Source of the DNA: an uncultured Alphaproteobacteria bacterium
GTDB lineage: Bacteria; Pseudomonadota; Alphaproteobacteria; CAAHEQ01; UBA3637
Direction: 5' to 3'
DNA: 49,917 nt
Assembly: GCA_944390205.1 (NCBI GenBank)
Contig: CALXPF010000001.1
Coordinates: 1-49,917 of the forward strand
In this document: positions 34,514-42,971 of the stretch, piece after piece
How positions within the stretch are numbered: position 1 is the first letter of the stretch
Layout of the letters: every line of letters starts with the position of its first letter
The notes under the pieces: model-generated
Seen by the model: the letters and a program-made list of their open reading frames with translations, nothing else
Told to the model about the DNA's origin: nothing
Database searches by the model: none
Translations under genes and position numbers: made by a program

Positions 34514-36331
34514 ATGCGTATATTTAACCGATTGATTCATTCATTTCACAAAGATCGTTTACAACCCGCTCGTGCCGAATCAGGCCGAACAATGGTTGAA
34601 ATGATCGGTGTCATCGGCTTGATCGGACTGATCAGTATTATCGGTATCGGTGGTTATAACTATGCCTTAAATTCATATCGGGCCAATACCCTTAAAACAG
34701 AAATTAATATGTATGCCGTTGATACGAGTATGCAACTCAAAAAACGAGGATCTAAGGTTTCCTCTCTTCAAGACTTACCGACACAAACCCGATCCGGATA
34801 TCCCATGACAATTCGAGATTCGGATAAATCAAGATTTTTTATTGTTGAAGTAGGATCGATTCGTCCAAGTGTCTGCTCTAAAATTTTTTCCACCGGTTGG
34901 CCTTTGGTGACGGCAATTTCGCTTAACGGGGCTCCCTTGACACAAGATCAAATCGAAAACGGGGCCAATATCGGTGATTTGTGTACGGATGAAAATGCCG
35001 TTGCTCTGGAATTTCATGTTTCATTAAAACCATGCGCCGGAGACAATTGTGAAATTTCTTCCGAAACGGGTGATGGAGGGACAACACCGGAAGAACCGGA
35101 CAATCCGGAAGAACCGCTTCCGGATGGGGAATGTCCGGAGGGACAAGTTTATTATGAAGGCGGATTAACGGCTAAATGCGTGGATGCATGCCCCGGAAAC
35201 AAAGTTATGGGATATGAGGGAAATTGTTATTCCTGTGACAATGTGGTTGTTGATTATGCCGAAAATATAGATTCTGTTTGTTCCAAATGCGGAATGAATT
35301 CATTTTATTCCGAAGAGATTGATTCATATATGTGTTGCCCGACTTCCGCAGGGAGCAATGAAGAAGTCAACCGTCTGTGCGGATATGGCGTGGAAGAAGA
35401 GGATGAACCATGCCCCGGAGAAAACGAGTATCGAGATCTCAACACGGGCGAGTGTGTCGAGGATTCTTGTCCGGCAGGAACGTTTGTGATTGATCGGAAT
35501 GGAACGTGTGCCCCCTGTCCAACCGAAGGCAATCCGATCTCGGATGCTATAAACTCCGATGTGCCGGACACCTGCCGAAAATGCTCAAACGCCGCATTAA
35601 CATCTTCAAATGATGTCGATTTGTGGATTAGCAATCAATTGTATTGCATGTATTGCCCCTCCCCCCGTGTCGTCTGTGGGACTCAGTGTTGTGCGGAAGG
35701 AGAAAAATGCCAAATCAACTTTACAGGCGATCCAATTAACTCGTGGTGGCAATATACATATTCTTGCGTCTCTCAAGGATGTCAGACAGATGCAGACTGT
35801 TCAGGGGATAAACCGAGATGTAATAAGGAAACGGGACAGTGTATGGGCTGTCTGACAAACGCTGATTGCAATAATGGATCAGAAACGGGAGATTATTTCT
35901 GCAACCTATATGGAACAAGGTCCACCCTTTTGAGCTATGGTACATGTGATCCGGCCACACCTACTCACGTTATATCTTCACCCAACGACTATTCCAGTGT
36001 TAACGATCAATCCTATACATATGTTATTTCAGGAAACCTTCTTACTTGGTGGGGTGGAGAAAACTTCTGCAAGGCTCACGGGATGAGTTTAGCGCCCATT
36101 TATGATTTTTGTGATGAAAACACCGAATATGGGAATACCGTTTCCACATCTTCATATGTTCCGGATGGCGATGGAAAACTTTTGACATGTTGGGAAACGG
36201 GAATTATACCTTTTTGTGCTGGTAATGGATGTAGAACCGGCACAAGGCGCGGCCAAGGCTCTAATTATGTAATCGGACAATATACTCAAGTCATACAACT
36301 TGCCGAACCCCATCCCGTTATCTGTCGATAA
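34514..36331 (+). CDS. Type-IV-pilin-like protein with a long C-terminal cysteine-rich repeat region and a C-type-lectin-like end module (putative adhesin)
   Basis: 'SG RTMVEMIGVIGLIGLISIIGIGGY' class-III-signal-like N-terminus. Residues ~23-185 are paralogous to ORF 9509..10027. Then an acidic/Pro linker, then ~38 Cys in CxxC / C..CP patterns. The end module runs 'YTYVISGNLLTWWGGENFCKAHGMSLAPIYDFC...PHPVICR'. AAGGGGA SD. Confidence 0.65.
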   Translation: MRIFNRLIHSFHKDRLQPARAESGRTMVEMIGVIGLIGLISIIGIGGYNYALNSYRANTLKTEINMYAVDTSMQLKKRGSKVSSLQDLPTQTRSGYPMTIRDSDKSRFFIVEVGSIRPSVCSKIFSTGWPLVTAISLNGAPLTQDQIENGANIGDLCTDENAVALEFHVSLKPCAGDNCEISSETGDGGTTPEEPDNPEEPLPDGECPEGQVYYEGGLTAKCVDACPGNKVMGYEGNCYSCDNVVVDYAENIDSVCSKCGMNSFYSEEIDSYMCCPTSAGSNEEVNRLCGYGVEEEDEPCPGENEYRDLNTGECVEDSCPAGTFVIDRNGTCAPCPTEGNPISDAINSDVPDTCRKCSNAALTSSNDVDLWISNQLYCMYCPSPRVVCGTQCCAEGEKCQINFTGDPINSWWQYTYSCVSQGCQTDADCSGDKPRCNKETGQCMGCLTNADCNNGSETGDYFCNLYGTRSTLLSYGTCDPATPTHVISSPNDYSSVNDQSYTYVISGNLLTWWGGENFCKAHGMSLAPIYDFCDENTEYGNTVSTSSYVPDGDGKLLTCWETGIIPFCAGNGCRTGTRRGQGSNYVIGQYTQVIQLAEPHPVICR

Positions 36332-36357
36332 GGCCCTATCATTTATCAAAAAGGAAA

Positions 36358-36382
36358 GAGAGATCATCGGCGATGATCTCTC
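36358..36382 (+). terminator. Perfect 11-bp hairpin downstream of the pilin-like gene (no T-run on the + strand)
   Basis: GAGAGATCATC-GGC-GATGATCTCTC. Confidence 0.35.
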
Positions 36383-36629
36383 GTAAAGATAGGTGATTGC
36401 CGTCTAAAAGCGCCTAGCTTTTCTACAACATCACAGCACACAAATGTTTTGAGCAAAAACAATCTTTGTCAAAACACAAAAAATATCTATTGAAAGGATC
36501 CTTTATAAAAATACGGATACAATTAACTTAAATATCTTGTCTTATGCCTCAATTACATAAAAAATTTCATCTATATCCATTTCGATAAAAACTCTTGATT
36601 TTCTCCGCTTTTTAGGGCAAACTCATCTC

Positions 36630-37730
36630 ATGAAAAATAAATATTTTTTAAAACGTCTTCTCCTCATTCCGATCACCCTTTTCGGAATTATGGCTCTTAA
36701 TTTTTTATTCGCTCAACTGGCACCGGGCGGTCTGGTAGAGCAAATGATGATTCGTTTGGAGACAGGACAACCCTTAGACGCAACCGCTCGTTTTTCCGGA
36801 ACAACCGCCGGCGATATTGCCACCGGATCACAACAAGAAATTTCTTCTTCGTACCGCGGGGCTCAAGGTCTCAGAGAAGAACTCAGAAAGGAATTGGAAA
36901 AACAATTCGGTTTTGATCAACCGGCGTGGAAACGCTTTTTTATCATGATGAAAAATTATCTGTTATTCGATTTCGGAACCAGTTTCTATCAAGATAAAAA
37001 AGTAATTGATCTAATCTTAGAAAAAATGCCCGTTTCTATTTCTCTCGGGGTGTTAAGTACCCTTTTAATCTATTTGATTGCCATTCCGCTCGGAATTCGA
37101 AAAGCCGTCAAACAAGGGTCTGCTTTTGACGTCACAACCAGTTGGATTTTGACAATCGGTTATGCCATTCCCTCTTTTTTATTTGCTATTTTTTTAATCA
37201 TTGTTTTTGCCGGCGGGAGATATTTGGATTGGTTTCCATTAAAAGGTCTTGTCTCGGATAACTGGGAAACATTTTCGTCTTTCCATAAAATAACCGATTT
37301 TTTGTGGCATATGACCCTCCCCGTGATTGCCCTGACAGTCGGCGGTCTTGCCGGATTAACCTTTTTAACCAAAAACGCTTTCTTAGAGGAGCTCAGTAAA
37401 CAATACTGCAAAACCGCCAAAGCAAAAGGGGTTTCCGTAAATGGTATTTTATACGGCCATGTTTTTCGAAACGCCATGCTGATTGTTATAGCCGGCTTTC
37501 CGGCCATGCTGATCGGCATGTTGTTTACCGGCTCCGTCTTAATAGAAGTGATTTTTTCTTTAGACGGCCTCGGCCTGCTCGGTTTTGAAGCCGTCCAAAA
37601 CAGAGATTATCCCGTCGTATTCGGAACGCTTTATTTATTTGCACTTTTAGGATTGGTTTTAAACTTAATCAGTGACTTTATGTATACGCTCGTAGATCCG
37701 CGCATTCATTTTGATAAAAGGATGTCCTAA
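36630..37730 (+). CDS. yejB: ABC peptide/microcin-C-type importer permease (YejB-like)
   Basis: 366 aa, DppB/OppB-like topology with a long periplasmic loop after TM1. Conserved EAA-type region 'AKAKGVSVNGILYGHVFRNA'. Confidence 0.7.
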   Translation: MKNKYFLKRLLLIPITLFGIMALNFLFAQLAPGGLVEQMMIRLETGQPLDATARFSGTTAGDIATGSQQEISSSYRGAQGLREELRKELEKQFGFDQPAWKRFFIMMKNYLLFDFGTSFYQDKKVIDLILEKMPVSISLGVLSTLLIYLIAIPLGIRKAVKQGSAFDVTTSWILTIGYAIPSFLFAIFLIIVFAGGRYLDWFPLKGLVSDNWETFSSFHKITDFLWHMTLPVIALTVGGLAGLTFLTKNAFLEELSKQYCKTAKAKGVSVNGILYGHVFRNAMLIVIAGFPAMLIGMLFTGSVLIEVIFSLDGLGLLGFEAVQNRDYPVVFGTLYLFALLGLVLNLISDFMYTLVDPRIHFDKRMS

Positions 37731-38758
37731 TGATGATTCATCCGCTTTTAAAATATCGTTGGAATATCTTTAAAAAAAACAAACGAGCCTATCTGTCTCT
37801 GTGGCTTTTGATTGCCATCGTCCTTGTTTCTTTTTGGGCCCCGCTTATCGCTAATGACAAGCCTCTGATATTGTCTTATAAGAACAATATTTATTTTCCC
37901 CATTTTTCTTTGGTGACGGATCAAATGTTGGGCGGACAACTTCCGACCGAAGCGGACTACACCGATTCTTATACCCTTAATCAAATCAATCAAAACGGAT
38001 GGATGGTTATGCCTCTCATTCCCTATCATGCCAATACGGTTGACTACTTTAGTGTATCTCCCTTTCCGGATGCCCCTTCCGAAAAACATTTGTTGGGAAC
38101 GGATGATCAGGGTCGTGATGTTTTGGCGCGCCTCTTATACGCTCTTCGCCTTAGTCTTTTATTTGGCTTTTTATTAACTTTTTTCGCCTCCGTCATCGGT
38201 GTTTCGGTGGGTGCCATACAAGGGTATTTCGGTGGGAAAACGGACTTGATCATCGGTCGCTTTTTAGAAATATGGACATCTTTGCCACAACTCTTTATTC
38301 TGATTATCATATCAAGTCTGATAACTCCCGGATTTTTTTCTTTATTGTTTATTTTATTATTATTCAGCTGGTCCTCTTTAACCGGCGTTGTCAGAGCCGA
38401 ATTTTTAAAAACAAGGGGCCTTGATTACGTTAAATCCGCCAAGGCATTAGGTGTCAGTGATTTTCGCATTATCATACGACACATTTTGCCAAATGCACTC
38501 GTCGCAACCATTACCTACATTCCCTTTATGCTGTCGGGAGCCATCGTCGCTTTATCTGCCTTGGATTTTTTGGGGTTGGGACTCCCACCCGGAACACCCA
38601 GTTTGGGAGAAATGATCCGACAAGGAAAAGAAAACTTACAAGCACCGTGGTTGGGATTGACCGCTTTTTCTGTCTTAACTGTTTTACTCTCTCTTTTGAT
38701 TTTTATCGGAGAGGGCATTCGAGATGCTTTTGATCCCCATAAGCGAGGTGCCGTATGA
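37730..38758 (+). CDS. yejE: ABC peptide importer permease (YejE-like)
   Basis: 'LLGTDDQGRDVLARLLY', typical of DppC/OppC/YejE permeases; 'AKALGVSDFRIIIRHILPN'. TAATG overlap with yejB. Confidence 0.7.
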   Translation: MMIHPLLKYRWNIFKKNKRAYLSLWLLIAIVLVSFWAPLIANDKPLILSYKNNIYFPHFSLVTDQMLGGQLPTEADYTDSYTLNQINQNGWMVMPLIPYHANTVDYFSVSPFPDAPSEKHLLGTDDQGRDVLARLLYALRLSLLFGFLLTFFASVIGVSVGAIQGYFGGKTDLIIGRFLEIWTSLPQLFILIIISSLITPGFFSLLFILLLFSWSSLTGVVRAEFLKTRGLDYVKSAKALGVSDFRIIIRHILPNALVATITYIPFMLSGAIVALSALDFLGLGLPPGTPSLGEMIRQGKENLQAPWLGLTAFSVLTVLLSLLIFIGEGIRDAFDPHKRGAV

Positions 38759-40269
38759 ATCTGCTGGAAATATCAAAATTATGGATTCATTTTCCCACCT
38801 TTGCACCGGTCAAAGGTGTCTCTTTGGCCGTCAAATCGGGCGAGTTTGTCGCTCTGGTCGGAAATAGCGGATCCGGCAAATCCACTCTGGCTCAAGCAAT
38901 TTTACAATTACAAGATCATGCCGTCTATAAAGGGTCTATCTTGTTTAAACGACAAAATTTACTGTCTCTCAATAATGATCAAATGAATCAAATCCGAGGA
39001 TCAAAAATCAGCATGATCTTTCAAGAGCCGATGAGCAGTCTTAATCCCCTTCATAAAGTCGGTAATCAAGTGTTGGAGGCCCTAAAATTACATACAAACC
39101 ACGCTTCTCAAAAAAAAGTTTTAGAGCTTTTCCGCCTCGTTGAATTAAAAGATAAAGAACGTATCTATCATTCTTTCCCCCATGAGCTTTCGGGCGGACA
39201 ACGGCAACGAATCATGATCGCAATGGCCTTGGCCGGTCAACCGGATCTTCTCATTGCAGACGAGCCGACGACGGCTTTGGATGTTTGCGTCCAAGCCCAA
39301 ATCTTAAAATTACTGAAAACACTTCAACAAAAATTAGGATTGGCCATTTTGTTTATTACACACGATCTGTCCATTGTTCGTCAAATGGCCGATCGAATTT
39401 ATGTGATGAAAAGCGGACGAATTATCTCGACACGCATTCCGCCCGAAGAAATCATTCAAATTAAACAAGCTCCTCACCCAAAGACACAAATGAAACCGGT
39501 TTTAGCGGTCCATAATCTGACCGTCAAATACGGAAACAGGATAGCGGTTGATCAAATTTCTTTTTCATTATATGCGGGACAGACCATCGGAATTGTCGGT
39601 GAAAGCGGATCCGGAAAATCTTCTTTAGGGCACGGGATTCTTCGCCTCGTTCAAGCACAGGGAGAAGTCCTTCTCGATAATAAAAATTTTCTGGCCCTAT
39701 CCGGTCACGATCTTATGAGGGCTCGATCCAAAATTCAAATGGTTCTCCAAGATCCCGCCGGATCCTTAAACCCACGCATGAGCGTTTTTGATATTATCTG
39801 CGAAGGATTAAAAATTCATTACCCGCAATTATCACAAAAACAAGTTCTTTCTCGTGTTAAAAATATTTTAAGAGAAGTAGATTTAAAGCCCGATATCATG
39901 GCCCGCTATCCGCACGAATTATCCGGCGGACAAAAAACACGTGTCGCCTTAGCTCGTGTTTTAATTTTAAAACCCGCCGTTATTATTTTTGATGAAGTGA
40001 CAACCTCACTGGATATCATGACACAACAACAGTTAATTTCACTTCTCAATTACCTTCAACAAACATACCAAATGGCTTATGTTTTTATTACTCACGATCT
40101 CAAGGTGTTATGCGAAATTGCAGATCACATTTTGGTAATGAAAGACGGGCGTATGATAGAATTTAATGAAACACGTCACATTTTAACAAATCCTCAGAAA
40201 TCATATACAAAACAGCTTCTCAGCTCATCTCTGCTCAAGTTTTCGGAGACGGCACCGAAAACATCTTGA
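38755..40269 (+). CDS. yejF: Fused double ATP-binding-cassette protein (YejF-like)
   Basis: Two ABC domains: Walker A 'GNSGSGKST' and 'GESGSGKSS'; signatures 'LSGGQRQR' and 'LSGGQKTR'. ATGA overlap with yejE. Confidence 0.8.
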   Translation: MNLLEISKLWIHFPTFAPVKGVSLAVKSGEFVALVGNSGSGKSTLAQAILQLQDHAVYKGSILFKRQNLLSLNNDQMNQIRGSKISMIFQEPMSSLNPLHKVGNQVLEALKLHTNHASQKKVLELFRLVELKDKERIYHSFPHELSGGQRQRIMIAMALAGQPDLLIADEPTTALDVCVQAQILKLLKTLQQKLGLAILFITHDLSIVRQMADRIYVMKSGRIISTRIPPEEIIQIKQAPHPKTQMKPVLAVHNLTVKYGNRIAVDQISFSLYAGQTIGIVGESGSGKSSLGHGILRLVQAQGEVLLDNKNFLALSGHDLMRARSKIQMVLQDPAGSLNPRMSVFDIICEGLKIHYPQLSQKQVLSRVKNILREVDLKPDIMARYPHELSGGQKTRVALARVLILKPAVIIFDEVTTSLDIMTQQQLISLLNYLQQTYQMAYVFITHDLKVLCEIADHILVMKDGRMIEFNETRHILTNPQKSYTKQLLSSSLLKFSETAPKTS

Positions 40270-40343
40270 TCCTTTAATCATCCCTCTTTGATCATCCCCG
40301 TAAACCGCCATATTCTAACGCAAGCGGTGTTATCCGTGCGTGG

Positions 40344-40556
40344 TTCCGAACAACGCTCACCCCTCCAAGGGTATCATAAAACAAACAACAGGTAGCCTGC
40401 ACTCACCTGCCGGCACAAGTACCCTTTTCTCTCTTCCGAACAACGCTCGCCCCCGCCAAGGGCGTCATAAACCAAACAGCCAACAGGTATGCCTGCACTC
40501 ACCTGCCGGCACAAGTACCCTTTTCTCTCTTCCGAACAACGCTCGCCCCCGCCAAA
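40344..40556. repeat. Intergenic tandem repeat, units of 90 and 96 bp plus a 26-bp partial third copy
   Basis: 'TTCCGAACAACGCTC' recurs at 40344, 40434 and 40530. The last ~45 nt of units 1 and 2 are identical ('CCTGCACTCACCTGCCGGCACAAGTACCCTTTTCTCTC'). Confidence 0.85.
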
Positions 40557-40631
40557 AGCTTCCGAGCCAACTGACGAAACGGATATGTTTTCATTTTTTT
40601 GCCGATGCCGAGAGTGTTCCGCTCAAATCAT

Positions 40632-40666
40632 AAAAAAACCGCTTCTTTTCAGAAACGGTTTTTTTG
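40632..40666. terminator. Bidirectional intrinsic terminator between yejF (+) and rplS (-)
   Basis: AAAAAAA-CCGCTTCT-TTTC-AGAAACGG-TTTTTTT. Confidence 0.65.
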
Positions 40667-40680
40667 GCTTGTTTGAAACT

Positions 40681-41058
40681 TTATTCTGCTTCGTCAGCAT
40701 ATTTTTCTTTATCTTCGGCAATACGAGCAGCTTTACCGAACAATTGACGCAAATAGTAAATTTTAGAGCGTTTTACTTTACCGCGACGAACAACTTCAAT
40801 ATTGGCGATATTCGGAGAATAGAGCGGGAAAATACGCTCAATCCCTTCACCAAAAGAAATCTTACGAACCGTAAAAGTCGAGTTAAGACCGTCATTACTT
40901 CTGGCAATACAAACACCTTCATAAGCCTGTAAACGTTCCCGACCCTTATCTTCAATAATTTTACACATGACTTTAACCGTATCACCGGCCTTAAAATCAG
41001 GAATCTTTTTTCCCAATTTATCGATTTGTTCTTGTTCCAATGTTTTAATTAAATTCAT
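40681..41058 (-). CDS. rplS: 50S ribosomal protein L19
   Basis: '[12 protein letters not shown]...[11 protein letters not shown]...[16 protein letters not shown]', a typical L19. Last gene of the rpsP-rimM-trmD-rplS cluster. Confidence 0.95.
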   Translation of the reverse strand: MNLIKTLEQEQIDKLGKKIPDFKAGDTVKVMCKIIEDKGRERLQAYEGVCIARSNDGLNSTFTVRKISFGEGIERIFPLYSPNIANIEVVRRGKVKRSKIYYLRQLFGKAARIAEDKEKYADEAE

Positions 41059-41059
41059 T

Positions 41060-41761
41060 TTAAGATCCTTTCTTAATATTTTTCTGATCCAGATATTTTG
41101 CCCACAAGTCTGGTCTTCTTGTTTGTGTTATACTTTCTGATTGTGCCAACCGCCATTCTTGAATAAGACGATGATGCCCCGACAATAAAACAGGCGGAAC
41201 TTCCCGTCCCTCCCAATTTTGCGGTTTGGTATACTGCGGATACTCTAAAAGCCCGTTCGAAAAACTCTCTTCCGATAATGATTCTTGATTCCCCATAACG
41301 GTCGGTAAAAGACGAATAACGGCATCCAATAATGTTAAAAGAGCCGGCTCACCGCCCGATAAAACAAAATCTCCGATACTGATTTCTTGAATCTTCCACT
41401 TTTCAATAATGCGTTCATCAATTCCTTCAAATCGACCACACAAAAACGTCATTTCCGAAAATAAAGAAAATTCTTGCGCCGCTTTTTGATCAAAAAGACG
41501 ACCCCGAGGCGATAAATAATATAAAGGGCCCTCTTTATAAACAGCCGACAAAGCCGCATCCAAAACAGCAGGCTTCATCACCATTCCGGCACCTCCGCCA
41601 AACGGTGTATCATCAACCGATTGATAATGATCTGTTGCAAAATCACGAATATTAACGACATTGAGTGTCCACTTTTTCTCCGCCAATGCCTTACCGGCAA
41701 GAGAATATCCCAAGCACCCCGGAAACATTTCAGGAAAAAGTGTTAATACGTTAATCTTCAT
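41060..41761 (-). CDS. trmD: tRNA (guanine37-N1)-methyltransferase
   Basis: '[13 protein letters not shown]', '[14 protein letters not shown]', '[11 protein letters not shown]', '[11 protein letters not shown]'. ATG 41761 (the ORF-track start at 41767 is a TTG). 11-nt overlap with rimM. Confidence 0.95.
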   Translation of the reverse strand: MKINVLTLFPEMFPGCLGYSLAGKALAEKKWTLNVVNIRDFATDHYQSVDDTPFGGGAGMVMKPAVLDAALSAVYKEGPLYYLSPRGRLFDQKAAQEFSLFSEMTFLCGRFEGIDERIIEKWKIQEISIGDFVLSGGEPALLTLLDAVIRLLPTVMGNQESLSEESFSNGLLEYPQYTKPQNWEGREVPPVLLSGHHRLIQEWRLAQSESITQTRRPDLWAKYLDQKNIKKGS

Positions 41762-42266
41762 GAACAACCTCTTTCATGCCATCCGGCACAACAATTTCAA
41801 TCGTTCCCTTTTCAATATCAACGACCGGAAAAGTGGCTTGAGAAAAATCAAACGGCAACACCTTCCCGTTCTTTAATTGTATTTCCAAGATATCACCGGC
41901 TCCAAAATTTTCGACCGCTTTGACAACCCCGAAATCACGAGTCCCTTCCATCACTTTTAATCCGATTAAATCAAAGTAATAGAACTCATCCGTTTCTTTT
42001 TGGGGTAAACGATTTTTGGGAATATACAAATTAACCCCCTTCAATCGTTCGGCCGATGTTCTGTCCGAAACACCTTTAACGGTTGCCAGCAAGAGATCTT
42101 TATGCGGATTCAATACGTGAATCTCAAAGAGTTGCTTTTCTTGTTTATCTGTAAACGGCCCCAGCACGGATAAATCCATCGGATTTGTCAAAAACGGTTT
42201 GATTTTGACGGCACCTTTAATACCATGCACATTTACAATTTGACCGACACAGACAAGATGGGACAT
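41751..42266 (-). CDS. rimM: 16S rRNA processing protein RimM
   Basis: 'VGQIVNVHGIKGAVKIKPFT', 'DEFYYFDLIGLKV', PRC-barrel end. Conserved position between rpsP and trmD. Confidence 0.9.
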   Translation of the reverse strand: MSHLVCVGQIVNVHGIKGAVKIKPFLTNPMDLSVLGPFTDKQEKQLFEIHVLNPHKDLLLATVKGVSDRTSAERLKGVNLYIPKNRLPQKETDEFYYFDLIGLKVMEGTRDFGVVKAVENFGAGDILEIQLKNGKVLPFDFSQATFPVVDIEKGTIEIVVPDGMKEVVHED

Positions 42267-42275
42267 TTTTATTCC

Positions 42276-42701
42276 TTATTCGGCAGAAGATGAAGCTTCC
42301 GATGATCCTTGAGCCGCTTCTTCGGCAGCTTTTTTAGCTTCTTCAGCCGCTAAACGAGCAGCTTCCGCTTTTTCTTGAGCTTCTTTTAAGCGTTCTTGAG
42401 CCTTTGCTTTCGGAGCGGATTTTTTCGGTTGTTCACGAACAGCCGGTTTTTCCGCCAATCCGACCAAAGCAAACAACTTTTGAACTCTCTCCGTCAATTC
42501 GGCACCTTGAGCCATCCATTTTTTGGCGATGTCTTCATGAATACGAAGAGCATCTGCGTGATCTTTCGGCAATAACGGATTATAAAAACCGACAACTTCG
42601 ATAAAGCGACCATCTCTCGGAGAGCGTTTATCTGCAACAACTATTTTATGAAACGGACGTTTTTTAGATCCGCCCCGAGCTAAACGAATACGAACTGACA
42701 T
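42276..42701 (-). CDS. rpsP: 30S ribosomal protein S16 with a long Ala/Glu/Lys-rich C-terminal tail
   Basis: '[42 protein letters not shown]', then a ~60-aa low-complexity tail. Confidence 0.95.
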   Translation of the reverse strand: MSVRIRLARGGSKKRPFHKIVVADKRSPRDGRFIEVVGFYNPLLPKDHADALRIHEDIAKKWMAQGAELTERVQKLFALVGLAEKPAVREQPKKSAPKAKAQERLKEAQEKAEAARLAAEEAKKAAEEAAQGSSEASSSAE

Positions 42702-42971
42702 TTATTTTTTTTCCTTTCTTTTTTGTCTTTTCCATTTACCTGTCAAAAAACCGTATACAAAAATTGCACCAATGTATGCACCCGCACAGATTGATGTATC
42801 TCCTCAGAGACTGAATAATTCAGCTTTTTGAAAGATATGCTTTTTTAGCATAAAAAAAAGCCGATGTCAAGCAAAAACAAACCTATTCAAATAACATTAA
42901 ACGCTTATTTTAAAAATCAGGCTATTTAAGGTTAAAAAAGTCACATTATAAAAACACAACTCACATGATGA

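Noticed and set aside
34514-36629. Diversity-generating retroelement target, suggested by the lectin-like C-terminus of the pilin-like protein.
   Set aside because: There is no reverse transcriptase gene. I could not see a template-repeat copy of the 3' end of the gene in the flanking spacers.
40340-40633. 97-codon ORF (and overlapping 147-codon ORF 40489..40932) across the 90/96-bp repeats and into the rplS antisense strand.
   Set aside because: It is the product of the repeat. It has no start context and overlaps a terminator and the conserved rplS gene on the other strand.
42702-42971. 270-bp ffh-rpsP spacer examined for an sRNA or riboswitch.
   Set aside because: I found only a plausible rpsP promoter (TTGACA ... 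TAAAAA) and short A/T-rich hairpins (TATGCT-TTTTT-AGCATA, CTGAA-TAA-TTCAG) without convincing terminator geometry. Nothing could be supported from sequence alone.
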